A DNA stretch of 64,000 bases from an uncultured delta proteobacterium (lineage in GTDB: Bacteria; Desulfobacterota; Desulfomonilia; Desulfomonilales; Desulfomonilaceae): positions 640,001-704,000 of the forward strand of contig CAWBKB010000003.1 of assembly GCA_963789265.1 (NCBI GenBank), given 5' to 3'. This document shows, in pieces, positions 38,261-49,440 of this stretch (position 1 is its first letter; each line of letters opens with the position of its first letter). The notes beneath the pieces were generated by a model. The model was not told the DNA's origin and did no database searches. It saw only the letters and a program-made list of their open reading frames with translations. The translations under genes and the position numbers were made by a program.

Positions 38261-41034
38261 ATGGGCAATCCGTTGCTAGCAATAAGGGCGCTGGGCCAAT
38301 CGGTCTGGTACGACAACTTGAACCGAGATTTGCTCCGGTCGGGCGAGTTGAAGAGGATGATAGAAGAAGACGGAGTTTCGGGTGTGACGTCCAATCCTAC
38401 GATTTTCGAAAAAGCGCTCAGTAACGAGCGGGTTTACGATAGCGACCTTCATGCTCTAGTGGACATCGGCCTAGACGTGCCGGCGATCTACGAGGGCCTG
38501 GTAGTGCAGGACATTTGTGATGCAGCCGACCTTTTGAGACCCACGTATGAAAAATCCGCGGGGATGGACGGATACGTGAGCCTGGAGGTATCCCCGGAAC
38601 TTGCCTATGACACGGACCAGACCGAGAAGGAAGTGAGGCGCCTCTTTGCCTCTGTAAATCGTGAGAACGTGATGATAAAGGTTCCTGCAACATGGGATGG
38701 GCTGATGGCAGTAAAGGAGCTGATAAGCTCCGGGATCAACATCAACATAACTCTGATTTTTTCTCTCGAGCAATACCACAAAGCTGCCATGGCATACATA
38801 GAAGGGATGGAGAATTGGGTCGCTGATGGGGGAGACCCGAGAAAAGTGGCATCTGTGGCATCATTTTTCGTGAGCCGAGTCGACACCATGATTGACGAGA
38901 GGCTCCAGGAAATCGCTAATCCCAATATAAAAAGCACCGTTCTAGACCTGATGGGCAAAGCCGGGATCGCCAACGCCAAGCTGGCATATTCGCTTTATGG
39001 AGAACTCTTTCATGGGGAGCGCTTCGCGGAGCTTAAGGCAAAGGGCGCTATGCCTCAAAGGGTACTCTGGGCAAGCACGAGTACCAAGAATCCCGATTAC
39101 CCCGATATTTATTATGTGGATAACCTTCTTGGACCGGAAACAGTCAACACCTTGCCACCGGTGACTTTGAAAGCGTACCGCGATCACGGACAGGCAATTC
39201 CTCGCCTTGAACAAGGCTTGGATGCGGCGCGAGACCTGTTCCCGCAACTGGAAAATCTGGGAATACACGTTGACGGGATCATGGACCGGCTTTGGGAAGA
39301 CGGCGTAAAATCATTTGCTGACTCTTTTGATATGCTTATGGATGGGATACGAAAAAAACGCACTTGTCTGATTCGCGGTTGGGGGCATCGCTCTGCGTCG
39401 TTGGGGAGCCTTCGGAAACCGGTTAACGAAATTCTCGCTCAGTTCGACAAAGACAAAGTCACTGAAGGCATCTGGGCCGGGGACGTATCGCTCTGGACCG
39501 ATGATGAGAGAGAGCGATGCGTAATCGGCCAGAGACTTGGGTGGCTTCAAGCAGTCGAAACGATGACAGGTGAAAAAGAAACGGCTCAGAGATTTTGCCG
39601 CTGACATCAGGTCCTCCGGGTTTACCAGCGCAGTCTTGCTGGGGATGGGGGGAAGCGGCCTGGCGTCGGATGTCTTCGTTTCGTGCCTCGGCTGCGCGGA
39701 CGGATACCTTGATTTAAGAGTTCTTGATACCACGGTACCGGCATCGATTTTGGACTTGGAACGGAATCTGGATCTGGAGCACACTCTGTTCATTGTTTCG
39801 AGCAAGTCCGGTGGTACCATTGAGGTTGTTTCTCTGTACAAGTCCTTCAGGGCACGTATGCAACGCCTTTTTGGCACCAAAACAGGCAGCCGTTTCATTG
39901 CCATTACCGATCCAGGGACCTGCCTGGGAAAACTCGCGTCGGAGCATGGCTTTAGAAAGGTGTTTCTTAACCCGCCTGTCATCGGTGGTCGTTATAGCGC
40001 GATCTCATATTTCGGACTAGTACCCGCGGCTCTCATAGGCGCCGACCTTGACCGTTTATTGATGAGAGCGTCTCAATCGGTGGAAGCCTCCGGCCCGGAA
40101 GTTCCTGCTCTGGAAAACGCGGGAACCTGGCTTGGGGCCATTACGGCTCAAGCCTCTCTGGCCGGTCGCGACAAGTTGACTTTTGTCATTTCCAACAGAA
40201 TCAAGAGCTTCGGCTACTGGTTGGAGCAACTCATAGCGGAAAGCACAGGTAAGGCAGGTAAAGGAATTCTCCCTATCGAGGGGGAGACGGTCGGCAGTCC
40301 GGAATGCTACGGTAAAGATCGCATATTTGTATACCTCAGACTGGACGAAGACTCGACGGACGATAGTAATGTGTCGGCTCTCGAACAAACCGGACAACCG
40401 GTGATAACTCTGCGAATGCACTCGCCGTACGATGTGGGAAGAGAAATGTTCCGATGGGAATTTGCCACAGCCGTGGCGGGCATAGTTCTGAAGATCAACC
40501 CATTCGATCAGCCCAACGTTCAAGAGTCCAAAGATATCACGAATGGAATCATTGAGGCTTACGGGAAAGATCGCCGACGCGCCGGGTGCAGAGTACCTGA
40601 GAGCTGATGATCCGGGGTTGGCTTCGACGCTTAGGGACTTTATGCTTTCCATGAGACCGGGTGACTATCTTGCATTCAATGCTTTCATCTGCCCTAGCGC
40701 CGACAACCTGAACATTTTGCGAAGCATGCGCGTGGCAGCGCGAGACAGGTTTAACATTGCAACTGTCGCGGGATTCGGCCCCCGTTATCTCCACTCCACT
40801 GGCCAAATTCATAAAGGCGGTCCGGCTAAGGGCTTGTATATACAGATAACTGCCGACGACCCTGAAGATGTGACAATCCCAGGCGAAGCTTATTCATTCG
40901 GTGTCCTCAAATCCGCACAGGCGCAGGGAGATTACGAAGCTCTGAAGAAAAGGGGCAGACCCATCGTGCGTGTTCACCTCCGTTCCGAATCTGAAATATG
41001 GAATTTGCAGGAGGCCGTTCGAGGGGCTCTATAG
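38261..41034 (+). CDS. Bifunctional transaldolase / phosphoglucose isomerase (frameshifts near 39575 and 40565)
   Basis: GVTSNPTIF, SFFVSRVD, WASTSTK; then GMGGS, SSKSG, IGGRYS, NPFDQPNVQESK, GPRYLHSTGQ. Confidence 0.9.
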
Positions 41035-41090
41035 TAGTTCTCAAAAGTGTTGTCGTCATACGCAATGCATGTAGGCAACTTATTTGGATT

Positions 41091-41160
41091 GGTGGGACAG
41101 TCCCGCGAGGTGCGGGACAGGCTGTCTATTGGGAATGACGGGCAGGATGCCCATCGCCAC
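41091..41160 (+). repeat. GTGG-type REP doublet
   Basis: GGTGGGACAGTCCCGCGAGGTGCGGGAC...GACGGGCAGGATGCCCATCGCCAC, similar to 56759. Confidence 0.65.
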
Positions 41161-41458
41161 CAAGCCATCTCCTTTTCCGCGGTTACTTTTGAGAACCGCT
41201 ATACGATGATAGTTCCCGAGCAGATGAATCCATCGGGGGATGGTAACTGCAAAATCTCGGTAAAACCGGCGAGACTTCCCGTGGACTTTCGCCATGCCGT
41301 GTGCCTGGTTTATTGCTGGACAATGATGAAATATCGTGGCAAGCTGACTACAAGGCGGGACTTGAGATTATGATTATCTTTAGGAGCAATCGGGCACTGG
41401 ATCTTCTCTTAAGCCATGCTCGATAGCCTTTTTTATACCGGTCGTGGGATGACTCTCA

Positions 41459-41683
41459 ATGTATACGAACTGCTACAAGATGAAACAGAATTCGGAATTA
41501 AGCCCTTTTCAAAAAAAGATAGAGGCTATCGATAACGTAATCTTGTGCGTCGCGGAAGTCGAAAACATGCTGGCTCAGATCGGCGCTTCGATGGTTACCG
41601 ATCTTGACCTCATCCAAAAACGGGTTCAAAACTGCTCGAAACTGCGCAGATCCTCCTGGAGAAGTCGGACCAGCAGAATGTAG
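41459..41683 (+). CDS. Hypothetical small helical protein
   Basis: ORF with protein-like composition only. Confidence 0.35.
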   Translation: MYTNCYKMKQNSELSPFQKKIEAIDNVILCVAEVENMLAQIGASMVTDLDLIQKRVQNCSKLRRSSWRSRTSRM

Positions 41684-41768
41684 CAGCGGGTAGAAGACGT
41701 ATATCGGAACATCGCACTTCAGTAATTATTTTATAGCTGGAAATGGCTTTTCCCTTAAGAAAGCCTGA

Positions 41769-42413
41769 ATGAATTGTTATGAGGACATACAACGATTAGA
41801 AATTGCGGCAGTCATCTGGATTTGCTGGTGCGTGACGCATTCTCTGCTAAACAGTCAAGGCGTCGTCGCCTGGATACTGCCCCCTGGTAATCGTATCCGA
41901 CCCTATTATCGTCTTATCTATGTTGTTTTCTCCTCAATTACTCTTGGGCTCGTGTACTGGATCACACCACGAGACAACGACCTGCCTGTATTAAAGTGGC
42001 ACGGGGTCTTTATCGCGGTTCCAGCAGTTATCTGGGTAATTGCCCTGGCAATCGGTTACCTTTCCTTCCGATTCATCAATGCATGGGATTTCCTTGGCCT
42101 GACAGTGGTCGGAATCGGCCGAAAGACCAGAGGCACTTCGGATAAGCTTATTACCTGGGGTATTTACGGTGAAATACGCAATCCCCAGTTCCTTGTCGTA
42201 CTTATGCTCCTCTGGGCTAGAGACCTCACCTGCACCGGTTTGGTCATAAACATCGTTCTGTCCCTCTACCTGATCTCCGGAGCATTTATCGAAGAAAGGC
42301 GCCTCATACACAAGTTCGGCGAGGATTATGTGAGATACAGGTCCCACGTGCCGCGGTTCATCCCGAGAAGACTGCCTCCATTGCGACAATTATTGGGTGT
42401 TCGGGATAGATGA
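41769..42413 (+). CDS. NnrU / isoprenylcysteine methyltransferase-like membrane protein
   Basis: HS.L, YRLIY, GIYGEIRNP, EERRLIHKFGEDY.RYR.HVPRFIP. Confidence 0.8.
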   Translation: MNCYEDIQRLEIAAVIWICWCVTHSLLNSQGVVAWILPPGNRIRPYYRLIYVVFSSITLGLVYWITPRDNDLPVLKWHGVFIAVPAVIWVIALAIGYLSFRFINAWDFLGLTVVGIGRKTRGTSDKLITWGIYGEIRNPQFLVVLMLLWARDLTCTGLVINIVLSLYLISGAFIEERRLIHKFGEDYVRYRSHVPRFIPRRLPPLRQLLGVRDR

Positions 42414-42445
42414 ATGCGAGCGGTCCGAGTGTTCCTGAGATCCAC

Positions 42446-43043
42446 CTACAATTTCTGCGCGGCGCCCACTATGCCGAACTTTGAATTCGTCCTTACACCC
42501 TGTAAGAGACGCAACCCATTGGTTTTAAACGCTTCCAGGAATTCTCGTGCGTAGAAGCGGTCCTCTGTGGGATGGCGAAGCATGCGTCTCAGCAGAAAAT
42601 TGGCGTACAGAGGGGGATAGATTTCTTCAAAATAAAAAACCCCTCCAGGTCTAACCACCCTTGCGATCTCTCGGATGCAACTGCGCCAGTCGAGCACATG
42701 ATGGATGATGCCGAAGTTCACAACTGCGTCAAAGGTCGAATCTTGAAACGGAAGTTTCTTCTGCATTACCAACGTGGTAAGCAATCTTCTCGTCATAGCG
42801 TGACGGAAGCGCTTTCACCGCCCGCCGAATGAGGCGGTGTTCGAGGTCGAAGGCAATGACTCTATTAAACCCCATTCGGTCAACCAGGAGCAGTGCTCCT
42901 CTTCCCAGGCCGCAGCCGATCTCGAGCGCACAATCTACTCGTCGGGGACCCACCAGTCGGAGCCACTCGGCAATTTCGCGCCTCTGAAAGAAGACTCGTA
43001 CAGGGCTGTATATCCAGACCCGCTCGGGCCAGTTCATCAACAT
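42446..43043 (-). CDS. Class I SAM-dependent methyltransferase (frameshift near 42765)
   Basis: LEIGCGLG in one frame; LPFQDSTFDAV..GIIHH..RPGG in the next. Confidence 0.85.
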
Positions 43044-43218
43044 CTCTTCTTTTCTCGATGCGTGGATAGCGAGTACCTCTTCGTATCAGGAGATTGAGTC
43101 AAAAACATATAGTTGAGGTGCGTTACGGTGTATCAGAGTCCGGTTAAACTTGCAGGCCGGTTCGGGCCCAAGGCAAATTGGCAGTCGCGAACCGCCCTAT
43201 AGGTCTGATTTGAAGACA

Positions 43219-44175
43219 TCACCTCAAACAGATTGATATTATCACGAGCAAGAGAAAGGCCAGTGGCATGTAACTTGCCTTGTCAAACAACGATGCGGCT
43301 GCCTCAGGACCGGGGTGGTAATAAACCCGCCGCGAGGGTTCCAGAAGGAGCTTCCAGGCAAGCAGAGCCGCGCCGATCGGATACAGCCACCCCACTCCAT
43401 GCCCAGCCATCCAATACACTGCGATTCCTGCTGCTGTAGCCATAGAAACCGCGGCCAACATAACAAATACCGACTCCGGTACCCCTTTGATGGTGACGGT
43501 AGTCTGCGCCGACACCCTCGCGTCATCCTCCATGTCCACTATATCATTGGCTATGTTCTGGGCCCCCACTTCCCAGGCGGCCAACCACAGGACCAGTAAG
43601 GCAACAAACCCGAGCGAAGGGTTCGGGTCCACAGCGTACACGCCTGCAAGGCCGCCGATAGCCTTCACAAGGGCCGACGGTATTATCTTGAGATGACTAA
43701 TCCTAAGCAGCTTACAGTAGAGCATTTCTAACAACCCCGATACAACAAACAGACCCGCACATAGGGGGTTGAGCCACCATGCCCCTGCAAGGGCAACTAT
43801 TCCCCAAAACAAAAACCACCATAAACCATTCTTGAATGACAGCAACCCCTGGGCCACAGGATGCCGTACCATAATTTCATCGAGAGTGGATAGATCCGCC
43901 CCGCGCTCCCTCAAAGACAGCCTTTCCCTGTCTACGCGATGATCGACGAGATCATTGAGAGCGTATACGGCTGTATAACCGGCAAATGCCGTGAGCAACC
44001 CGACAATGACTACCGTAATCGGTGGGAAACGACCCAGCCATAGCAGCGCAGCCATAGGCGGCGTGGCCATGTCCAGAATGCCATGAGGAGTGCGAGATAG
44101 TCCGAGAAACAATTTCCAGTTCATGGCCGCATTGATGCCCGGCAATTCCGCAACACGTCCGTCGGTGTAGTCCAT
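43219..44175 (-). CDS. UbiA-family prenyltransferase
   Basis: NDLVDHRVD and NDIVDMEDD Asp-rich motifs, multiple TM segments. Confidence 0.88.
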   Translation of the reverse strand: MDYTDGRVAELPGINAAMNWKLFLGLSRTPHGILDMATPPMAALLWLGRFPPITVVIVGLLTAFAGYTAVYALNDLVDHRVDRERLSLRERGADLSTLDEIMVRHPVAQGLLSFKNGLWWFLFWGIVALAGAWWLNPLCAGLFVVSGLLEMLYCKLLRISHLKIIPSALVKAIGGLAGVYAVDPNPSLGFVALLVLWLAAWEVGAQNIANDIVDMEDDARVSAQTTVTIKGVPESVFVMLAAVSMATAAGIAVYWMAGHGVGWLYPIGAALLAWKLLLEPSRRVYYHPGPEAAASLFDKASYMPLAFLLLVIISICLR

Positions 44176-44204
44176 GCTGAAGCACCTTTAAAATTGTGTC
44201 ACCC

Positions 44205-44930
44205 TTACCTAATTTCGTAGGGGAAGGTCAATTTGCCGCCGAGATATCCGATTCGAGCCACAATTACCGTAAGCGCAACCAGACTGACAACATAGACGAT
44301 AATATAATTGTTGCCTCTGCCAAGGGGATTATCAAGTGCGAATAATCTCAGGAAGATGGCGAAGGCTCCCAGAACCAGAGTGATCCAGGCCAGACGACGT
44401 TTCATAAGAATTATGGGCGACTCCGAAGAGTCATAATTGATCCACCAGGTGAAATAGCCGGTCAGCATCGCCACAGGGATGGAAAGTACACCTATGACCA
44501 GACTACAGAAGGCTGCCCATTCGGTACACGTGGAACCGGTGCTTAAAGCCCCCAGTTCGAATAGCGGCATTACTGCCAAAACCCCGATAGGCACGTGAAC
44601 AACCGAGGGATGGGGATGCCTCCTGAAGAACGGGTGACGGTCCAGCCAAAGCTCAATTTGACCCTTTAGCCCTGCTTCGTTTACTTCGGGAACTTTCTCA
44701 TAAGTTCCTACAGCTTCAAACTGCTCAAGCACTTCCGTGCCATGAGGCGCGGCCTCGATATCATTGGTGAGGTCCATGCCGGCCCGGTGCCGCTTCATGT
44801 GCTCGCCGCGAACCCATCTTTTGCTGCTGGAAATGTCGTAAACTCTGCCTTGCACAGCAACTAGGCAACTCTTCCCGCCTTCACCATTTCCCTGGGCAAG
44901 CTCTTCAGCGGTATAAGCCTTCACCATCAA
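44205..44930 (-). CDS. Cytochrome b5-like heme/steroid-binding domain fused to a DUF2231-like membrane domain
   Basis: VAVQGRVYDIS..W..G.HMKRH.AG.DLT..APHG; HP.VVH.PIG followed by TM helices. Confidence 0.82.
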   Translation of the reverse strand: MMVKAYTAEELAQGNGEGGKSCLVAVQGRVYDISSSKRWVRGEHMKRHRAGMDLTNDIEAAPHGTEVLEQFEAVGTYEKVPEVNEAGLKGQIELWLDRHPFFRRHPHPSVVHVPIGVLAVMPLFELGALSTGSTCTEWAAFCSLVIGVLSIPVAMLTGYFTWWINYDSSESPIILMKRRLAWITLVLGAFAIFLRLFALDNPLGRGNNYIIVYVVSLVALTVIVARIGYLGGKLTFPYEIR

Positions 44931-45193
44931 CCCCCTTCATACCACCATGTAACTTCAATTACATACCGCAAGAGGTCATCAAGAGATCGCGCGTTAGGGC
45001 AATACTTTTTTTACAGGGAATGCTCGTTTGCGGCTCAACGCCCGATCATGAGCACATCACACCAAAGCCCTGCCGGGACTTTGGCCATGCATTACTCTAC
45101 ATTCCACAACGATGACAAGCTCGAAATATAAGGGCGCACGTTCTTTACCTAATTGGACCCGCGTCCGCCATTTTCTCCCCCCGCCCTCGACCC

Positions 45194-45520
45194 TCAAATA
45201 AGGGCGCGCAATTTCCACTGCGTCTCCCCCACAGGTTGAGACACGTCAAAAGGATTACCTAAGCACAGCTTCTTGTGCAAGTCTTTTAGTATCCGTAAGG
45301 GATTCAAAGTGAAGCAATCACAGCACTCATCACAATCATCCGCAACAACAGTCACAATCGCTTGCACATCTTGGTCTGTGTATATCGCTTGTTTTCCTAC
45401 CAATACGTGCGGGTACCGAGGATTCTCGGACCACCGAACCTTCTCCAATTTGTCGGCCTTTTTGGTGGGACTCAAATTTGGTTCAGCGGAACAACCCGTG
45501 CAACTCCTGCATCCGCCCAT
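45194..45520 (-). CDS. Cys-rich hypothetical protein
   Basis: AGGAG RBS; CRSCTGC and CDECCDC motifs. Confidence 0.6.
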   Translation of the reverse strand: MGGCRSCTGCSAEPNLSPTKKADKLEKVRWSENPRYPHVLVGKQAIYTDQDVQAIVTVVADDCDECCDCFTLNPLRILKDLHKKLCLGNPFDVSQPVGETQWKLRALI

Positions 45521-45639
45521 TGCTAACTCCTGACCGTTAGTTTCTTGTAAAATCCACGTTAAGGATTCGTGGGGAATCTGTCAAGTAGGTGACAGTTCGG
45601 CCCCAGGACGCAAGTTCAGGGCGTTTATTTTCGAACGCA

Positions 45640-47412
45640 TTACGGTTTGGACAGGATCTTTACCTCAACTATGGAGCTGTCCTCGAACTCAGTTAGTACG
45701 GCCTTAGTAATGGGGTTTTCAATCGCTTCGTTTTTTAGCGCTCTATCGAGATCGGTTTGCCCATCAGATGAAGCGGAGTAAGGATTTTTGGTAGCAAGCG
45801 AGGTTTCACGAGCAAGAGTTAGGATCTTGAGTCTCGCTCCGCCGAAGAATTCCTCGAAGACGGCCCTTAGATCGGTCTTGTTTTCCAGGCGGCTCTCGAA
45901 CTGCTCTTTGTATACTTCTTTGTGGAAACCGATCTCCACTTCGGTAGGCCCGAACGATATGAGAGTGCCGTGGTCCATGAGGGACAACATCGCCGGATCT
46001 TGCCCGGATAAACTTATGCGCTGTTTGAGGCTCGACCAGATCTCATCGGGCGTTCCCGCCGGAACGGGTAAAACTTGGGTGATTGTGAAGCGTTCAGGTG
46101 GGATCTCTTCTTGTCGGTCAGCGGAATTTTGCTCCGGAGCACCGCCTTTGCCCGGGGGAGAGGCAGGCTTCCCCTTTGTGCCGGATCTTCCCGATTTGGC
46201 CGCTACCGGTGGCGTCGCTCCAGATCGCCTCTCTCCGGCAGGATTGTGCGGAGAAGGCGGCAATCCGGAGTCGATGTGCCGTAGAATCTCCGACAGGTCC
46301 GCAATGTCAGGGGCATAAGCCATCTTCAGCACTGTCATCTCAAGCGCGACCCATGGATTACCGGATCGCTTTATCTCCCCCTCGCTGCGCACAAGCATAC
46401 TAAAAAAGTTTTGAAGCTCCTGAGCCGTTGTCATACCCGTCAAGGATTCCATTTCCTCCAACTCGGACGCGGAAGCGTCAATCAGCCCCTCGACTCGTGC
46501 GGCCGGCGGCACGGTTTTTACGACGATCAAGTTGCGTAAATATTGGATCAAATCCATCACAAGCTGCTCAGGGTCGTAACCATGCCGAAACACCTCATGA
46601 ACCACGGTCAGGGCCGAAGCCGCATCCCGCTCCAGGATCGCTTTCACAAGGCGGCTGAACGAGTCCCGCCCGGCTATACCCAATATCCCAATAACATCCT
46701 CGGGGGCTATGCGTTTTGACCCGAAGGCGATTACCTGATCCAGCAGACTCAGAGCGTCTCTGAAGGACCCCTGTGCCTCCCTGGCCACGAGAGAGAGCGC
46801 CTCTTCATCAGCGGCAAGGCCTTCCTGCTTGAGTATAGCGTCCATGCCGTCGGCAATTTCCCGCGCGGAGATTGTTCGGAAATTGAATCTCTGACACCTG
46901 GAGTTGATCGTCGCAGGGACCTTATGAGATTCAGTGGTGGCAAAAATGAATTTGGCATGGGGGGGAGGCTCTTCCAAAGTCTTGAGCAGGGCGTTGAACG
47001 CGTTGATGGAGATCATGTGAACTTCATCTATGATTATGATTTTGTAGGGCGAACTTACTGGAGGATACTTGATATTCTCGTTGATTTCCCGGATGTTATC
47101 CACCGAGGTGTTGGAAGCTCCGTCAATTTCATGAACATCTACGCTGATGCCGCTGCCAATCTCCTTGCAGGACGAGCAGACGTTGCATGGATCTGTCTCT
47201 CCTTCCTGTCGTCCGGCGCAGTTAAGGGACTTGGCCAGAATGCGGGCTACCGTTGTCTTGCCCACGCCACGCACTCCACAGAATAGAAACGCGTGGGCCA
47301 CGCGTCCCGAACGAATGGAATTCGAGAGAGTCCGGATCACGTGATCCTGACCGATCACCTCGCTGAAAGTCTTGGGCCTATATTTTCGTGCAAGAACTAG
47401 ATAAGACGGCAT
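45640..47412 (-). CDS. dnaX: DNA polymerase III subunit gamma/tau
   Basis: LARKYRP, GVGKTT, EIDGAS, IIDEVHM, LLKTLEEPP, SRCQ. Confidence 0.97.
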   Translation of the reverse strand: MPSYLVLARKYRPKTFSEVIGQDHVIRTLSNSIRSGRVAHAFLFCGVRGVGKTTVARILAKSLNCAGRQEGETDPCNVCSSCKEIGSGISVDVHEIDGASNTSVDNIREINENIKYPPVSSPYKIIIIDEVHMISINAFNALLKTLEEPPPHAKFIFATTESHKVPATINSRCQRFNFRTISAREIADGMDAILKQEGLAADEEALSLVAREAQGSFRDALSLLDQVIAFGSKRIAPEDVIGILGIAGRDSFSRLVKAILERDAASALTVVHEVFRHGYDPEQLVMDLIQYLRNLIVVKTVPPAARVEGLIDASASELEEMESLTGMTTAQELQNFFSMLVRSEGEIKRSGNPWVALEMTVLKMAYAPDIADLSEILRHIDSGLPPSPHNPAGERRSGATPPVAAKSGRSGTKGKPASPPGKGGAPEQNSADRQEEIPPERFTITQVLPVPAGTPDEIWSSLKQRISLSGQDPAMLSLMDHGTLISFGPTEVEIGFHKEVYKEQFESRLENKTDLRAVFEEFFGGARLKILTLARETSLATKNPYSASSDGQTDLDRALKNEAIENPITKAVLTEFEDSSIVEVKILSKP

Positions 47413-47440
47413 GCCTTCGAGATATCCCTTTAAAATGGAA

Positions 47441-47560
47441 ACGGCCGTGACCGGTGATCGGGTGCAAGGGCCGACTCCCGAGATTACTTCCGCTGCTTCC
47501 TCCCGGACCTGACGGGGTCAGTAACTCCAAGTCGCCCTCTCCCGGTCACCGGCAACGACC
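47441..47560 (-). ncRNA. ffs: Signal recognition particle RNA (small type)
   Basis: The minus strand contains CCCGTCAGGTCCGGGAGGAAGCAGCGG within a long hairpin, directly upstream of dnaX. Confidence 0.92.
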
Positions 47561-47624
47561 GCCTCCGCGGAGACACCGGGGATGTCGAATGTCACTGTGC
47601 ATCAATATCAAATTGTTACCGATC

Positions 47625-47895
47625 ACGTCAAGGCACGGACGGAATTACGGTCCGACAATTCAGGCACGGGAGAACATGCGGGTTCCTGCCTCCGCGAAGA
47701 GTGAAATCCCGCGTCCCGGGAGAAAGCAATCTCAGCTTTGGCGCAGCAATCGTCATCCCGGCGAAGGCCGGAATCCGGCCTGGACCCCGGATCAAGTCCG
47801 GGGTGACCGCATTATTGCTTGGCTCCGCTCGCAATGACAAGCTTTTCCGCCCATAAGTAAATGATTTCCTGTTCTTGCGCTCCGTGCCTGGCGCC
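47625..47895. repeat. Composite repeat with CGTC-type REPs
   Basis: CGTCATCCCGGCGAAGGCCGGAATCC, CTGGACCCCGGATCAAGTCCGGGGTGAC, TTGCTTGGCTCCGCTCGCAATGAC; AGGCACGG/CCGTGCCT ends. Confidence 0.65.
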
Positions 47896-47899
47896 TCTC

Positions 47900-48649
47900 T
47901 CAGTCCGCCAGTCCGCCCCGTGGCGCTCGATCCAGTAATCTCAGAAGGTTACCGGCAAGGATTCTGCGGAGGTCGTCCCCTGAAAAGCTCCGAACAAGCT
48001 TCCGCTTTTCATTGCCGGGAATCCCAAAAGGGTAATCCGATCCGAAAATGATGCGTTCCAGCCCGTACTTGTCTGCAAACTCTCGGATTTCATGAATACC
48101 GGCCAGTGCAGTGTCCACCCAAATCTTTTCACTTTCGAACACTCCAGCCATCTTTAGCTTTGAATACCCTCCGTTTAATGCTCCCATGTGCGGGATGATC
48201 ACCACTGTTCGCTCGTCAATTTCTTTGATGAACCGGACGGTCTGTTGGAATTCTTCTTCCAATACCACGGGTAAGTGCCTTCTGCAGATGTCGTTTATGA
48301 TTCTCCGACATTGGGCGGTCTCGTACGCATAGGGTGGTTCGCCTGGATGGCGATGCCACTTTATCCCGACAAATTTATCGGGAATGGGCGCGAAATCGTT
48401 CCAAACAAAGAAGTAAGGGAAGATATTTTCCTGCAGTGCGATCTCCAGGAGGTAATTATGAACGCGAGTCCGGCTGCCTCGATACGGCAGGGAGTCCACA
48501 AACCCAGGGTCATATCGGTCGTAAATCTCTTCCACCGGGGAAAAGAGCACGCCGCCATGGATTCCACCCGCTTGCCACTCCTCGGCAATTTCCTCGAACG
48601 GCACTGTTATGCCGCAGTGGGCATGCCCGTCCAGTACTAAATCTTCCAT
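47900..48649 (-). CDS. Amidohydrolase-family protein
   Basis: DGHAH, IIPHMG, VDTA, FGSDYPFG. Confidence 0.85.
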   Translation of the reverse strand: MEDLVLDGHAHCGITVPFEEIAEEWQAGGIHGGVLFSPVEEIYDRYDPGFVDSLPYRGSRTRVHNYLLEIALQENIFPYFFVWNDFAPIPDKFVGIKWHRHPGEPPYAYETAQCRRIINDICRRHLPVVLEEEFQQTVRFIKEIDERTVVIIPHMGALNGGYSKLKMAGVFESEKIWVDTALAGIHEIREFADKYGLERIIFGSDYPFGIPGNEKRKLVRSFSGDDLRRILAGNLLRLLDRAPRGGLAD

Positions 48650-48724
48650 GTGAGTTCCCGATGCCGTTGTTCTCAAAACATCTACAGCCTGAAGACGTCG
48701 CCAACGCGTCATGCCGGTGCGCGA

Positions 48725-48857
48725 TCAAACGGTGAACAATCAAGGAAATGCAGCACGGATCTGACAAAGCCTCCCGCGGGACGCGGGAAGCACCATCATG
48801 GCGCCAGGTCAGTGCCGTTTGCTATCGGCCCATTCTCACTTGTTTGAAAGCGAATCG
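48725..48857 (+). repeat. Family B repeat, partial copy
   Basis: The first 42 bp match the reverse complement of 35105-35146 (1 mismatch); the remainder aligns with 37601. Confidence 0.75.
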
Positions 48858-48885
48858 TAATCATGCCTTGCCGGCGAGATTTCGA

Positions 48886-49362
48886 TTAGCCCTGTGTGCC
48901 GTTAATGAACTTTGGGGGTAGTGGCTCCTCGTGCAGAAAAGGGAGATCGTCCAAGATTATTAGGGTAGAGGTGCCGTGGGCCAGGATTCGACCTTCCTCG
49001 TCCCTAACCTCCGCGGCCCCAAGGCCCAGAGTCTTGCCCAATTTGATGCGACGCCCGCTGGCAATGAGCTTGCCTCCCGACGCGGGGGCCAGGTAGTTTA
49101 GTTTCAGGTCCACTGACGTCATTCCCGAACTCTCTTCTACTTCAGGATATACTGCCCAAAATGCCGCCGCGTCTATGATCGAAGAGAATACCCCTCCATG
49201 AACGACACCGAACGGCTGAAGGTGTTTTTCTTCCACTATGATCTCCAGAAGAGACCGCCCCATGTCAAAGTCTTTGAGTTCCATGGAAAGAAGAGCGAAA
49301 TATGGGCTCTGGTTTGCCGCAGCGGTGACGACCTCCACATACTTTGGGTTGATTTGACGCAT
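48886..49362 (-). CDS. PaaI-family thioesterase
   Basis: GVVHGGVFSSIIDAA hotdog-fold motif. Confidence 0.9.
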   Translation of the reverse strand: MRQINPKYVEVVTAAANQSPYFALLSMELKDFDMGRSLLEIIVEEKHLQPFGVVHGGVFSSIIDAAAFWAVYPEVEESSGMTSVDLKLNYLAPASGGKLIASGRRIKLGKTLGLGAAEVRDEEGRILAHGTSTLIILDDLPFLHEEPLPPKFINGTQG

Positions 49363-49440
49363 CCTATCTCCTTGTCTCGCATATTCGCAATTTAATGAAA
49401 GGTGATGATAACGGTACCGATTCCCCCGGCGTTTGGGCTC

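Noticed and set aside
45640..47412. Programmed -1 frameshift in dnaX
   Set aside because: No AAAAAAG-type slippery site with a downstream hairpin was noticed in the linker region.
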